A stretch of 64,000 bases of DNA from Mytilus trossulus (lineage: Eukaryota). The DNA is taken from assembly GCF_036588685.1 (NCBI RefSeq), contig NC_086381.1, positions 31,496,001 through 31,560,000 on the forward strand, given 5' to 3'. Under the pieces are notes generated by a model. That model was given only the letters and a program-made list of their open reading frames with translations, was not told the origin of the DNA and made no database searches. Made by a program: the position numbers and the translations under genes. Shown here piece by piece: positions 27,903 through 42,072 of the stretch (position 1 is the first letter of the stretch; every line of letters begins with the position of its first letter).

Positions 27903-29076
27903 TGTAACGAAAATCAGTCATAGCTTATTTATTTGTATGTGAATCACCAGTTGTCTTTCCCTGTTAATTGTGTTTCTATATGTTTATAAGTTTCTCCATA
28001 GTTGGAGCACCATGTATTACTTAAAACACCCCTAATTTTGGTATAGTCTTGATTTTCACCCCTTCACGTATAATGGACCGTTCCATATCGTAGTATATAA
28101 GGCAGCTCAAGACAGAGAAACTTTGTCAGTTATATGTGGACCGTTGAAGTGTTAACATCAGGATTAAATATTCCAACTGGTAAGTAGAGTGAAATAAGTG
28201 ATTCCAAAGGATATATATAAATAGTGTTCGGATTTATATGTGGATGTTGCAATAGTGATTGTGATACAATGTATAAAGTGAATCTGATATATATATATAA
28301 GTGATTTGTATTAATGAGAATACAAGGTGAATACTTGCTGGTGTTGCAAGTTGTACTATGTGGAAGTGTGAATACTTCATAAATTTGTATTAGTGAAAAT
28401 ACAACGTGTTTACTTGCTGGTGCTGCAAGTTGTAATATTGTGGAAGTGTATTCGTGAAAGTGTACTGTGTTAAACCTTACCAGTTGGATAATATTCATTG
28501 TGTGTGAACTCAAGGAGATAGTTAGTGCGTGAGTTCAGCTGTGTTTATATATATATTCCTTGTGCATTGATGGATTTGTGCATGTGTAAAGGTGTCATTG
28601 TGTTATTGTGGTTAGTTGTAGACTAACAAGGTGATACTACATTTTGGTTGTAAATAGAAGTTGTATATATGTGATCTTGTGTTAATACGTTTTGTGTGAT
28701 ACTTGCTTGATGCATGTTGCAAAGTAATCTGTTGGTGACATTGTGTAATAAAGGGCCGTTAGCATGTTGCATAATAATCTGTTAGTGACATTGTGAATAA
28801 ATCGGTCTGATACATGTTGCATAGTGATTGCAAGGTGACATTGTGTATATATATTCTGTTATGAAACATTGTGTCTGTGCATTGTGAATAAGGTACTTCA
28901 CCTCAGTAATTAGATTTAAGTGCATTGTGCTGTGTATGTTCGACATTGTGAATTCATTTAAGGGTGTGTTAATTGTTTTGAATAGGACAACTGGTTATGG
29001 TGAAAAATTGAGTTAAACACTTGAAATCATGATTTATTCAGATACGGATCCATTGATCGTCCGGTTACACGTTACA
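27903..29076 (+). mobile_element. solo LTR (Ty3/gypsy-like)
   Basis: TGTAACG...CGTTACA termini, 4-bp TSD CTAC (27899-27902 / 29077-29080), TATATAAG at ~28094, internal ~52-bp repeats at 28710-28850. Confidence 0.8.
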
Positions 29077-32000
29077 CTACAATGTTCACAAACTTAATTG
29101 TTGAATTCTTATGTAATGCATGGTATGGGTAGATTGTGATGCACATTTGTCTATACTTCGTATTTATATATATATGTTGTTGTTTGTCATTTAAATTTGA
29201 TAGTATCAAGAAAAAACATTAAAAGCTGGGTGAGAAATATAAAAGAGCTCATTATACATTGTAATGGGCATGGTTATAGTAAAGTGAGTATAATTCAACC
29301 TGGTAAGTTTTCTCTAAATTGGGCTATCGAAAATACAAGTGAACGGATTAAGCAGCACTAAAATGGGCTCTGATGTCGGCACTTTAATTTCCCCAGGCAG
29401 TTTCAATTTTTCGCCAAAATGTCATGTGCTCATTTTTCTTCTAGTAACATAGAGATGTTCATCATCTATTTGAGCTTTTATGCGAATGTGAGCACCGTCA
29501 TTCACACTGACTGCGATTGAAACAAGTTGTATTTTCATTAAAAACAACCCTTACATGATATGTTGTTGTCCATTCCTTTGATGTGTTTGAGCTTTTAATT
29601 TTGCCATTTCATTAGGGACTTTCCGTTTGGAATTTTCCTCGGAGGTCAATATTTTTGTGATTTCACTTTTTATATATGATCGCAGTCTTAACATTTGTCA
29701 ATCCGGAGGAATATCTACAAACTAACTTGTTCAAGTCTACTTCATGTTTCTTGTCATTTGATTTTGTTTTTTAGATAGTTTAATTTGATTAGTTAATTGA
29801 TAGATTTTGTTTTTGCAGTTATTTCATTCATAATGTTTGATATCCGTTCTTCAAAACCGATACATTTAAAACAATACCATAGCGGTAGTATTAATTTAGC
29901 AATAAACCGGTTTCAGATACGTGTTTTATCGGTTTATTCGTATTTTTTGTTTGTTTTTCTACTGCTTATTCTAGCAATTTTACGAAATTTTCCTCTGATC
30001 ATACTGACTGATAATTACCTTTCTCAGTACAGTAGAATATGAAAAATAATCGGTAGAAACTAAGGGCACACGTGCTCGATGTCAAATGAAATTAACAACG
30101 TCTTCAGAGGTATAATATCGATAAAAAAGATTATTATTGGTCAACTCAACTCGATTGCTTTTCTCACTTTTGCCGTACCGGCTCAAGCGAGAAAATCAAT
30201 CTCGTTGAGATGATCAACGATAAATTATAACTAGATTAATTAAAGGATTGGTTTATATAATGATATGCAACTCTTCACAAATTACAACACTTTAACGTTA
30301 CTCATTAGAAAACAACCATAAAGTAATTCTAACCAATACATTGTTGGCGTGTTTATTTTATGGGTAATTTTTTTAAACCTGCCTAGTTAGTTCGATTTAA
30401 AGTTTGGTTTGAATGTTTTTAAATTAGACCTCTCCCCACCCAGAGACGTACCGCATGTTGGGAATTATAATATCGTATATCAAGAAAATAAAAATAGAAT
30501 CCTTAAAATCTAACAAAAGTAAACTCAAATCAGATCACCTCCATTTAAGAAACAAACATAAATTTCTGTTTTAAGCATAAGTTTTCAGAAAATAACTTGA
30601 ATTGTAAATGGGAATTTTGCATAAAAGTTAAGGATTTGCCCATAATATGTATTGCTACCATTTAAAATATCCATGTAAAAGATTTCGAAGGTCAGTGATG
30701 ACTATTTTGTACTTGTTATGTACAAAGTACTGAAAATTTGAATATAGATATCAGTTGAAAACTATTTAATTCTTCTTTAATTTATTTCTTATTGATTTTA
30801 CCAGTAAGTAGTAATTTCAACATCATTTTAAAAGATTTATAAAGTTTTATTGATTCAAAAGGCATGTTAACAAGCAAAGATCGATGTTCTTTTCATGTTT
30901 ATTTGAATGGTTGAACACACTTTTATTGTAGGAAATATAGTACAGAGCGCGTATATTGGATACACTACACTTTCCAAATCATCGCAGGTTTCTATAAATG
31001 TCATTTCAAAGTGTTAAACAGTGTTAAGAGGGTGTATACATGATATAAACAAAACGAACTTTTAACTCTTTCAGTTCATCAATACATTCCAATTAAATGT
31101 TCAACAGATCTATTATACGAACAACATTGATAATATAATCACATGTGAAGTAACATGACTTTTACTTCTTGGTTGCAAATAAACATCATTTCAAAAGTAT
31201 TTAGATAGCTATAAAGCCAATAACCTTTAATCTGCTACTTTAGCTGAGGAAGTATGAATTGTATAAAATATCGGAAAATTAGCTACAGGGCATAAAATAC
31301 AATTGAGAGCGTGCAGTCCATTACTTAAGCGCATTTTTTGAAAAATTTAATGTTTGTTGTCTTTACCGACAGAAAATATATATAACTACTGATAAACTGC
31401 TATTCTCTAGATTTGCATCTGCTATAAAGATAGCCAGGGGGTTTACCTTACCATTTCGATTTTTCTAGTATCATTTTAATAAAGGCTTTCCGATAAACTA
31501 GTAAGGCCATTGAATCCTATATTTGGTACAAAATATTTTGCAAAACTAAGACAAACCTTTATACAAGATAACAAACCTACAAAAACATTATGTTTATTCT
31601 CATGAGGGAGATAGCATATATATAGCAGCTTGAAAGGGAAAAAAATAGAGAGTAATTTCCATAGTATAGCTAGGTTTAATCGTTACGGTGAAACTGAGAA
31701 TGCTATAACTTTCAACAAGCATAGGTAACAAATTCACATTTTACACAAAGTCATTAATTTGAATTTAAGTCATATTACAATTAAAACCATTGAGCCCAAG
31801 AAACATTTCATTTTGAGATAAATGCGTTAGTCTAGAATGCATTGTCTCTACAAAAATAGTAATGTCTATTTGATCGACGTTTTCTTACTTATCACTTGAA
31901 GAAGGTATACTATGATTATAATATTAATAAGACATTATATCGTGCATCAAATCATTTCCTCTTGCATGATCTACGTTCTTTCACAAACCCTCGTATTACC

Positions 32001-33029
32001 TAAAATGGTCGTAATGCTAAAACTTCACATTATCATGAAAACATAGAGATAAATGTTATTCCCATAAGGTGATATACTGTAACATTAAAGTGACGAACAA
32101 AAAGGAAATTTTTTGTATATCAAAGTTCATGCCTGTAAATCTATAGAGTGTTTAAACCCAATCAAACAGTTTCAGTATTTTAATGTTTGAGACACTGAAA
32201 TGCTTTACTTTAAAGCATCTAATTGAAGTTATGTCTTTCCCGGAAGCACGAACTATTACGAGTTCACTAATAACTTCTTCTGTCTGTGTGTCAATTATTG
32301 CTGTTATTTTAGTATCTGTAGTACAAATTTAATGGTGTGTTGAGAATATCAGTAAAAAAAAACTGAACTTAGATGACATATTTTTTTTAATTCTTATAAG
32401 TACATGTATGTCTACATACATTGCTCAGTGATGTATGTCTCATTCATTATTTAACTTAAATCAATAGTAAAGCTAGAAATATAACTTACAAATGAAGAAA
32501 ATAATTGTGTTCGTTGACAGTTTAGTTTATGTCTTTTCTTGTTAATGTGGTTTCTGTAAAGAAAACTTAGATACTCTGACTAATTGTTTTTTTTTATTTC
32601 TGTTAAACTCTTTGACGAATTATATTTCAAAAGTTCATTTAAGTTAGTAATGAAAACGTCTTTATTTTCCTTTAGTTCAGAATTAGTGAAAACATTACAA
32701 ATTTGGAACCTTCTTAGCTTTGAACAAGTGTAATATACTTAACATCTCTTTCTGTTATACTTTAAAATAGAGCACGCCGATGATCAATACATGTACCTGA
32801 ATATAATATACAAAAGACAACAGACATGAAGAATATGATGCTGAAATACTATTTAAAAAGAACTAATGAAACAAAACATAATATTAATATTAATACGAAA
32901 TGTTTTAATGGTTATTCGGAATGTATAATCTGAATGTATGCAATTTCCATGTTTTGTATAGTTGCATTTAGTTAATTATAAATACATTTTATTTATTCGA
33001 TGACAATATGCAAACAATAAAACTCTTGT

Positions 33030-33325
33030 AAATAAAGGCAACAGTAGTATACCGCTGTTCAAAACTCATAAATCCATGGACAAAAAACAAAATTGGGGTA
33101 ACAAACTAAAACAGAGGGAAACGCATTAAATGTAAGAGGAGAACAACGACACAACACCGAAACGCAACACACACAGAAACGGACCAAGCATCAGACAAAA
33201 CACCACGAGAATAACAAATATAACATAAAAACCATGAATTTGGGATAGACAAGTACCGTGCCACGTCTTATCTCCATATCTCAAAAATAAGAGAAAACAC
33301 AAACGACTCAACGTTAAAATGTAAC
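33030..33325. repeat. interspersed repeat beginning aaataaaggcaacagtagtataccgc
   Basis: related copies at ~10880, and reversed at ~4330-4442, ~48120-48406, ~60540-60675. Confidence 0.65.
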
Positions 33326-36300
33326 AAATATCAAATACGAAACCAGAATAAATATTATATATAATATAATATACCCTGCCACTTTCGTGTTTTTGTTTTA
33401 TCTGTTTATATTTTGTGTGCTTTGTGTCGAGGTTAAGCCTTTTTAACTGATTTGTATAGTTTGTTTCTATGTTGTGCTGTTACACCACTGTCCAAGGTTA
33501 GGGAAGGTTGAGCGCTATAAAAATAACAATTCGTGAAACCACAGAAGAGGAACCATTACTCTCACAGGCAAGACACAATTACAAGTAGTAGACATACTAA
33601 TATATAAGAATGATGAGATTGATAGCTTATTTCTATTTGGAGTTATCTACATGTCAGTATGTTGCCCTGTCGCTGTTGTCTGCTCTACGGTCGGGTCGAG
33701 TTGTTGTCTCGTTGACACACTCCCCATGTCTCATGTCCATTCTAAATGTTATCAGACAATTTAATTTAGTACTATAATTGAATGTCACAACTTTCAAACA
33801 ATCGTTATGAAACTGACCTACATGGAAACACATAGCAGCAAAATTGATAATTATTTATTTACAGTTGTGGTTGTCATATTGTATAGTGATGTCAATCATG
33901 TTTCACGGCAGTGTATGATGGTGTGGATAGGGATACCAACATAGAGAATAATGGGTCAAATCTACAGAAAAGTGGTCAAAAAAATACTAGGGTGCTATAC
34001 AATATAACAGAGTGAAGAGCAAACTATTTAAGGAAAGGGGATAAATGAACTTATTAATAAAGAATACAGAAAGTAATTAACCTTTATTCAGAATCTCACG
34101 TCAACCATGTCTTAATATAATATTTGTAATAACAAAAGTATACTTAAAAGATACAACAAACCAATTTCACATCCATGTTATTTAATATGTAAATTGAATT
34201 ATTGATATACTAGTATATCTTAAAAATTAATTGAATTTCTATAAGATATTTGTTTAGTTTCATTTTTTGGGTTTGTTATATCAATAACAAGATGTGGTAT
34301 GAGTGCCAATGAGACAACTTCTCACTCAAGACACAGTGCAAGAAATGTTAACAAGTCTAGATCAATTTTGTCTTTAACGGCAAGCTTAATATAATTGAGC
34401 ACAGTGGGTTCCCATAAAAATACCGATTGAATATAAAGAAGACATGTCTAAACACAGTAATAAAGCGTCTCGGTTGTGTGCGTTTCATTACGTTATTTGC
34501 TTTTAAAAATCGGGGTGGTTTTAATTTTTATTAATTATGGTTCATCTTCCAAAATTCAGATATTTGCATCTACGTACCAGAAAGTTCTTGGTTAATGAAA
34601 AAAAAGGTTGATCTCATTAATTCGACCTGTCTAATGTATTTTGTATTCATGTTTTAACTCCTCGAAAGGTTTTATGAGAAATATATTATCTGTCTATCTA
34701 CGATTAAAAATTAGGGATATTCATGAATAGGATACATGTAATGACTTCAGTTAAAGTTTTTGATTTTTTTTAGTACCTACATTGTATACATCTGATTCAA
34801 AACCCACCAAAAGTATGTAGTTACCCACACATTATATGTACTTTGAAATGCAGTTTTCATTTGTTACAATAAAGATGCTGATTATCTGGAAAGTGGTTTC
34901 GTGGGGCATTTAGCAGACTTTGTAATATAACATTGTTTGTAATATATTTATTGACTAGGTTTCAAAAATTACTAAATCTGTAAATTTCTTTATACTTTTA
35001 AACAGTACTTTAATAAGAATATTTTTGTATAATAATAATGAACATTATTGATAGAAATTGGCCTTCCTTTTTTTGATATATTTCTTTGAATTTTGCTTTG
35101 AATTTTGCGTTCATTGCAATCCTTTTGGGATTCTGCCAAATTCTGAATTGATATTGCATTGATGTAAAATTGCACACTATTATTCAATTAAAAAATAAAC
35201 AGTGCAATTTTCTTTTTTACCAGATTTGAATGTCTTCCTGCAGCTTTGAATTGTAATTAAACGTCAAATTATCTTTGACATCGCGTGAAAGCTGAAAGCT
35301 ATGCCATTCAAAATCTCTCCAAATGATTAAAAATGCTTTTAGATAAATTGCGCTTTGGAAGATTACTGTTTTGCACAATAATACCGAACACAATTTGTAC
35401 TTTTGAATTAGTAAACAATATTAGATAAAATTATCCAGTGATTAAATTTCATGCTTTCATACACGCAAGTAATTTTTATCTGATTTCTTTCGTTACAATT
35501 GAAGACAATAACAATCAAAACCAAGAAGTAAACAAAGCCTCATCAAACCAAAAGACATTTACATCTATAGGTACAAATAATTAATAAGAAACAAAACGAA
35601 CTCCACTTAAACCCGGGAGTGAAATCAGGTGCTCCGGAAGGGTATTTATCTGTTCAGCTTGGTAATGATAGAAGGTTATTATGCCAGTGACTGAGGAAGA
35701 ATATCATATATCGTTTAATATGAAGAAATTTCCGGAAACATGACTGCGAGTCGTGTAAATTGAAAGTAAAGGCGATATAAATTTGACTGTTTTCTTTTTA
35801 TTAAAAGATGTGGATATTCAATTAACCAAATTGGTACATATGAAATGTTAGCATTGTCAATTTTCAATTTACTATTTGTACTTAAGAGTACCAATATATT
35901 TCAATTTCAACAGGTCTTCATATGAAACGATCGGGAGTTTTGAAAAGTTTTGAAAGATAGATACAATGTACACAAATATTTTTCAGTTGATCAAATACCC
36001 GAATTACAATTCGAAATGCGAAAATATTACAAGAAAAAAATATACAACAATTTTAACACACATATTCATTGTTTAAATGGTGGTATTCTAGTCCACCTTT
36101 ATCTATTGTGCTACTTTTATTTTTAAACTTTATTTCCATGTTAAACATATTGTCTTCCTAGTTTTAACACTCTCACATAACTACTGAGAACCGACTTTGG
36201 ACTAAGCTTGTGATATGTAGTGACTTAACATCTTCTTGAGATGTTTATTTTTAAATTAATTTTTTTATTGTGTGTACTGTCTGCGTTATTTTAAAAAGCA

Positions 36301-37539
36301 TGTGACTTTCAAAAAGAGAGAAAATGCCAAAGGTCAATATAAAAATAAGTTATGTTTGAAAAAGCCAGACAAAACCATTCATAAATAAACAGGCACTAGT
36401 AAACGACGAAAACAAACACAACAAAAGCTGGCGCTCAGGGTTCTTTGTGATATTTTTACGAGATTTGTTCGAGATCACCCTGTTATTTTGGATTCGTGTT
36501 GCTCAGCCTTTTAATCGTTTTCTATGCTGTGTATTGTCTTCTGTTGCTTTTTTAATATCTCTTTTTGTTTTGCAGCGTCCTTGTTAGTTTTTTTTCGACT
36601 TAACTTTTAATCAATACGAATCCAGAGCATATGGAAAAAAGACTATTATAATTCTAATATTCAATAGAACTTAAACACAAGGGCATTTACTTCCTAAATG
36701 ATTGTTGATTTTGTGACACAAAAAGTGCGTCTCACTGAGGAAAATATTTTCGATTTTTTAACATCCACCTCGAGCGAATCCATAACTTAAATGCAATTTA
36801 GTGGCTCAAGCATGATGACTGAGTAATAGCTTCTATGTTTTAATCAGAAATGAAACATAGCGGAAGTAATTGTCGAAAATGTTATCTAATGTACTGCAGT
36901 AAAATAAAATTTTAAGCAAGATTATGTTGTTTTTCTAAAAATTGTCCAGAACGGTTAATCTTAGTTCTTCTAAATAAATTATGGAAAAAAATTAGATAAT
37001 GTGATTGTAAGATTGCTTTGAATATGACAAAAAATTATGGTTTTGAGATTTATTGCAAATAAAATCATTCACATTTTGAATAAAACATAAAAATATTACA
37101 TGATAGTCTTATATTCGTTTGCATTTCAAAATCTTAACCAAATTCAAAACATAGTGGATGGTTCCTGCTTATTCTATTTAAATAACAGTAACAATGCAAA
37201 GTGTAAAGTTAGGAAATATACTTTTTTATAACTACAATGTATAGTAAATTTGCCAAGTGAATATTGTATCTTCCAAAAACCAAAATATCACAACAGACGC
37301 AGAAACCAATTTCTTATTCCGAACTTAATATTAGACAATAAAGAAGCCCTTCACGTTTACAATGTAAAATTGAGGATGGAAATGGGGAATGTGCCATGTG
37401 TTTGCTGAAACATTATAATATAATAAACGTAAGCATGCAGCCACATTTTTAAAGTGAGTTAGATAGAGAGTACTAGGTTAATTTTGTGATTTTTTATAAC
37501 GGAATTCTTGTGTTTTAATAACAAGGAATTTAAGTCTTT

Positions 37540-38330
37540 AATTTGACCTGTTGATACTGTATATAATGCTTTCTTGTTATTTTTAATTTATTTGGATCTT
37601 GTCTGTATACCAGCTTTGATTATTTGTAATATCTTCAATTTTCACTTATTCTTACTACATTTGCATAATTTTCAAGATTTTTTTTTTTTTTTTAAACCGG
37701 TTTTTTTCTAAAGTGAATATTGATCAATATTTTCGTAGTGTTAAATATTTCTCAGTGGTGTACATGTCTTGCCATGGCTTTATTTGAACTTGTTTTTTTG
37801 CTAATTGGTCTTGAATGTTTGTCTCATATATTTTATTAACAGTGCATGTGTATTCAGATATCCCAGATCAAATTTATTCGTTCATTGTGTATTAATTTAC
37901 GTTTTTTGATTGGGTTAAGTCTGCCAATTGATATTTTATCGTGTGTTTTTCTATGTTGTGATGTTATGCTATTGTTTCAGAAAAAAAGGAGAAGGTTTGG
38001 ATCCATTAAAACGTTTGATCCCGCTGCAAATGTTTGCACCTGTTCTCAGTCAGTAATCTGATGTACAGTAGTTGTCGTTTGTTTATGTAATATATAAGTG
38101 TTTCTCGTTTCTCGTTTTTTTTTTTTTTAGATTAGACCGTTGGTTTTCCCGTTTGAATGGTTTTACACTAGTAATTTTGGGACCCTTTATAGCTTGTCGT
38201 TCGGTGTGCGCCAAGGCTCCGTGATGAAGGCCGTACATTTACCTATAATGGTTTACTTTTTTTTTTTAATAGTTATTTGGATGGAGAGTTGTCTCATTGG
38301 CACTAACACCACATCTTCCTATATTTGTTA
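37540..38330 (+). mobile_element. interspersed non-autonomous element of unknown class
   Basis: interrupts the similarity between the GPCR1 and GPCR3 3' flanks; ends in the common ggagagttgtctcattggcac..accacatcttcc tail. Confidence 0.55.
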
Positions 38331-38878
38331 ACCATATTCTTCTGTAATATGTCTGCAATGCGATTCTAAATTTTTATTAGACCCAGTGTATATTCACGAA
38401 ACCGTTCATCAAAATAAATCATAGATTACTGTAATATATCAATGTACACTGAAAACAAAGTCCATGCATCCTTCAAAGAAGCACTGAAGGACCCATATCA
38501 CCAGCGTTTACGACGCACTAAAATTTTCTTAAGTGACATATTCTGTTGGACAGTGATTTATTTAAAAAAAAATTGCATATTTTTTGTTTTGGTCATCATC
38601 ATTGTAATGAATTACCAGTCATATAAATACATAAACTCCTTAAAACATTTTTATAATTGAATTAAAAGTAAAAAAAGCTTCAAAAGAAAAGTCTAGAAAA
38701 CAGGTTCTATTTGACAATAAAAGAGTGCTAATAAAAAGTCCAACTTTTTGTGGTGCTGTTTCACACAAATATTGGTTAGCCTTACGTGTCCGAAAGTATT
38801 TAGATTGGATGTATGGATAAGTGAAAAAAACATTTACACATTTTCCGTTAAATATGTGTCGAGGAAAATTCGCATCTT

Positions 38879-40006
38879 TTAATGCAAAATACACCTGGTT
38901 CTACAGAACATCACTCGTTTACATTGTGTAAGGAATGTATGATCTAGGCACAAATACACAAACGGATTTATAATGTTGTTGAGTAGAAAACTTCTTGATA
39001 AAATAGGAATAATTCCTTGGGTTATACTATCCGACTTGTACTGACCATTTGAAAGGGCAGCGACCATTTTCACTGTTATATAAGGTAAATAACTTAAAAT
39101 AAAGGCAATGCTCAAAACAAATGCTGTCTTAGACACTCTTCTTGATTCCCGATTTCTTTGCGAAGTTTTCCGTTGTCTTTGGGGGGATTTTATACCGGCC
39201 CCGGAAGAGTTATCTTTATTTTTTTTACTAACAGTTTTACTTGAAATGCTACTTTCATCTCCTAATGTAACTGTTTGAACACCACTTTGCTCATTAGGGA
39301 TGTTTATCTGCGCTGATATATGTATAGAACTTGTTGACCTGAAATTCCCTTTTCTTCTGAGTTTATTCCATATGATCGCATATATCGTAATTAATGAAGA
39401 GACACATAGTATAAACCCTACAAGCAACACAAAACTGTAAGCAAAGGGATGTGTTGTGCGCTTATAGCTGTCGGCTATACCGCAGTCATACCCAGTTATA
39501 TTGTTTTTTCGTTGTTTTAAATTTATTCCACTTAATATACCTTCAGGCCAGGAAACTGCTGTTACAAAGCTCCCAAGAATAATGACACAAACCAAAGCTT
39601 GACGTGTTGATAAAGGAACTTTTAATGGCCACCAAATTCTATATAGTCTGTTAGCGGACATCATTACTAGCAAAAGTGCAGCCATTACAGATAGATGAAC
39701 ACTAATTACTTTGAACGACTTACATGCACTCTCTGAATAAAATGTTAACTGGTGTGTCTGCTGGTAAAATTCAAAAGGGATATGTATTATGCACATAAAA
39801 AAATCTACAATAGTAATGGTACGAATAAAAGTCCAGTGTGCTCCTTCGAGTTTCCATAATGATCCGAAATATATAAGAATTACCAAAGTATTCCCAGGTA
39901 TCCCGATAACCACGACTAATGATAAGTAAACTATTGTCGGAATACGTTCCATCAATTCCTCCGTATTCAAGGTCTCCAAAGTAATTGGTGCCTCCGAAAC
40001 ATTCAT
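38879..40006 (-). CDS. orphan rhodopsin-class GPCR (CCK/peptide-receptor-like), copy 1
   Basis: 375 aa, 7 hydrophobic segments, GIPGN (TM1), TM2 Asp, Cys pair (ACK / YDCG), SANRL at the DRY position, SYLPY (TM6), NPFVY (TM7). Confidence 0.93.
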   Translation of the reverse strand: MNVSEAPITLETLNTEELMERIPTIVYLSLVVVIGIPGNTLVILIYFGSLWKLEGAHWTFIRTITIVDFFMCIIHIPFEFYQQTHQLTFYSESACKSFKVISVHLSVMAALLLVMMSANRLYRIWWPLKVPLSTRQALVCVIILGSFVTAVSWPEGILSGINLKQRKNNITGYDCGIADSYKRTTHPFAYSFVLLVGFILCVSSLITIYAIIWNKLRRKGNFRSTSSIHISAQINIPNEQSGVQTVTLGDESSISSKTVSKKNKDNSSGAGIKSPQRQRKTSQRNRESRRVSKTAFVLSIAFILSYLPYITVKMVAALSNGQYKSDSITQGIIPILSRSFLLNNIINPFVYLCLDHTFLTQCKRVMFCRTRCILH

Positions 40007-40762
40007 GATAACTCGCTCTTATGAGGACTTAATTTTTAAACTTCATTAAATCGTTGTCTAAAAAGTAAACAGAAAAACATTATTATGATGCACATTTATT
40101 TTACATTTCAAAATGAATGCAAGGTAAACATACATAGCTTCCCGGCCAATAATATGTTATTTTAAAAGAGAAATTACCCGATGATAACATATAAAAGGAT
40201 GTGGTACGAGTGTCAATGAGAAAACTCTCCATCCAAGTCATAAAGTACATGGCTTCGTTAATTAATTCATTTAAAATGCTCCGTTAATTAATTTATTTAA
40301 AATGTTCTTCATATGAAAGTCAAAATAGTTATAAACTTCGCATGATGATAAAATTGAGAGACTTTCTAACATATAAATTGTTATTTGTCTTCTAAAGCTT
40401 ACTATTAAACTGTTTTCAATTGTTAAAAGTTGAAATTGTTATACATAACTCAATCATATTAAGACATATTTTTAAAAGAAACCAATAGTCTGTGGAAAAT
40501 AATCGTGAATCACTTTAATATCAGCTAACACTTTGATCCAATCAATCTAGTAACTAAAACATGGTTTGATTTTTATCCAATGTACTTAGTTTATATTCAT
40601 ATTTTAAAAATACTTCAGACTAATGGAATTTGAAAAATTAAAAACAAACCTACCGTTCTTCAAAAGATTGTGAACGTTTTTACTAAGGACAGGAAACAAG
40701 GAAAATAAAAATCATTTGTTATGTTATGCAACGCTTACATTATATAAAAAGGTTAAATATTT

Positions 40763-40772
40763 CCATATAAGG
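40763..40772. promoter_or_regulatory. CArG box (CCATATAAGG) upstream of GPCR1 non-coding exon
   Basis: CC(A/T)6GG, ~109 bp from the conserved donor at 40653. Confidence 0.55.
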
Positions 40773-41867
40773 AGGTTGTTTCCGTTTCGGATATAAGTAA
40801 ATAACGTGATTTTACAAACACAGATATCTATACTTGATTATATATATTAACTGCACATTATAAAACTTAAATAATTGTCATCAAATGAAAAAAAAATTAG
40901 TGACATGTACATACGCTCAATTAAATACCAGTACATCACTTACATGTAAGAGTATTGTATATTGTAAATTACTAGTAGCACATTGATGGTAACATGTTGA
41001 AATATATGTAAAGCGTGTATATCACTAATCTACTTGAAACTGAATGCAATACTTTGTCAAAATCAAAGCTGAGTTATAGATAGATTGTATTTCTACAAAC
41101 TGACTTAAGACTGAGATCAAGGTCTTTGCCTAACAAAGCAATTTACTTTTATTAGATTTGTTGATTGTGATGAGCTCGTTTATGATAATCAACCTTTTTG
41201 CATACCCAATGATCACTAAACAACGACTTAAATGTGCAAATATATAAAATGATCATGGTCAGCCTCAATTAAAATAATTTAAACATATGTGTTATTCTTC
41301 ATGCCTGTTAAGCTTCGAACAATTCAGTATTCATCTTTAACAAAACAGTTAATTGACTTGGTTTAAACTTACCTAATAAAATATTTTAGACAAAGACACA
41401 AACTTAGTTGAAACAAATATTATTTACCGTAATAACTTAAGCCACTTTATTTAAACTTCAAATTTAACATAGTTCTGTTTTTTTTTTACAGCATATATAC
41501 TACTTAAAACTCTTTATCGTTGACACCTTGAACTGATGTGCGTTCTGTAACTACAATAGCTGTCACTTAACAAACTTTATATTGCTTACGGAAACATATG
41601 CAAATACGTTTCATATGCAAAAATAACTCCTACAAACAGGAAATCGGAAATGTTTTCAAATGTAACCAAGTTTAGTAAATACGATTATTTTGTCAATACT
41701 TTTTAAATATGCACAGAGTTTAAATATCTAGTGTGTCTCATTTAACAAGCAAAATTTATGATATGTATGTTTAAGTCAAAAGCGTCGTTCTACACAATGA
41801 ATCAAAACATGAAAAGTAAATATGAATGTGACGTTTATGCTTTGGATTTCAAATATGTTGGCCACAA

Positions 41868-41911
41868 GCATCACTGAAGAGACATGTATTGTCGAAATGC
41901 GCATCTGGTGC
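41868..41911 (+). ncRNA. type I hammerhead ribozyme, CUGAAGA variant family
   Basis: gcatca-CTGAAGA-gaca tgtat tgtc-GAAA-t gcgc a-TC-tggtgc; intact core, paired stems I and II, palindromic stem III. Confidence 0.85.
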
Positions 41912-42072
41912 AAGACAATTGGTACCGTACATATTATTATGAATAGAATTTATTTTTCAAATATATCAATGTATAAATTGCCCAGGACTCTAAGAAGTAG
42001 CAGAAAGAAAGGAAAAACAGATTGTGTCGACTTATTGGAACTGTATAAGTGGTGAAATACCATAGCCCAATT

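Noticed and set aside
28130-28513. 127-aa minus-strand ORF
   Set aside because: Lies inside the solo LTR, reflects compositional skew, has no recognisable motif.
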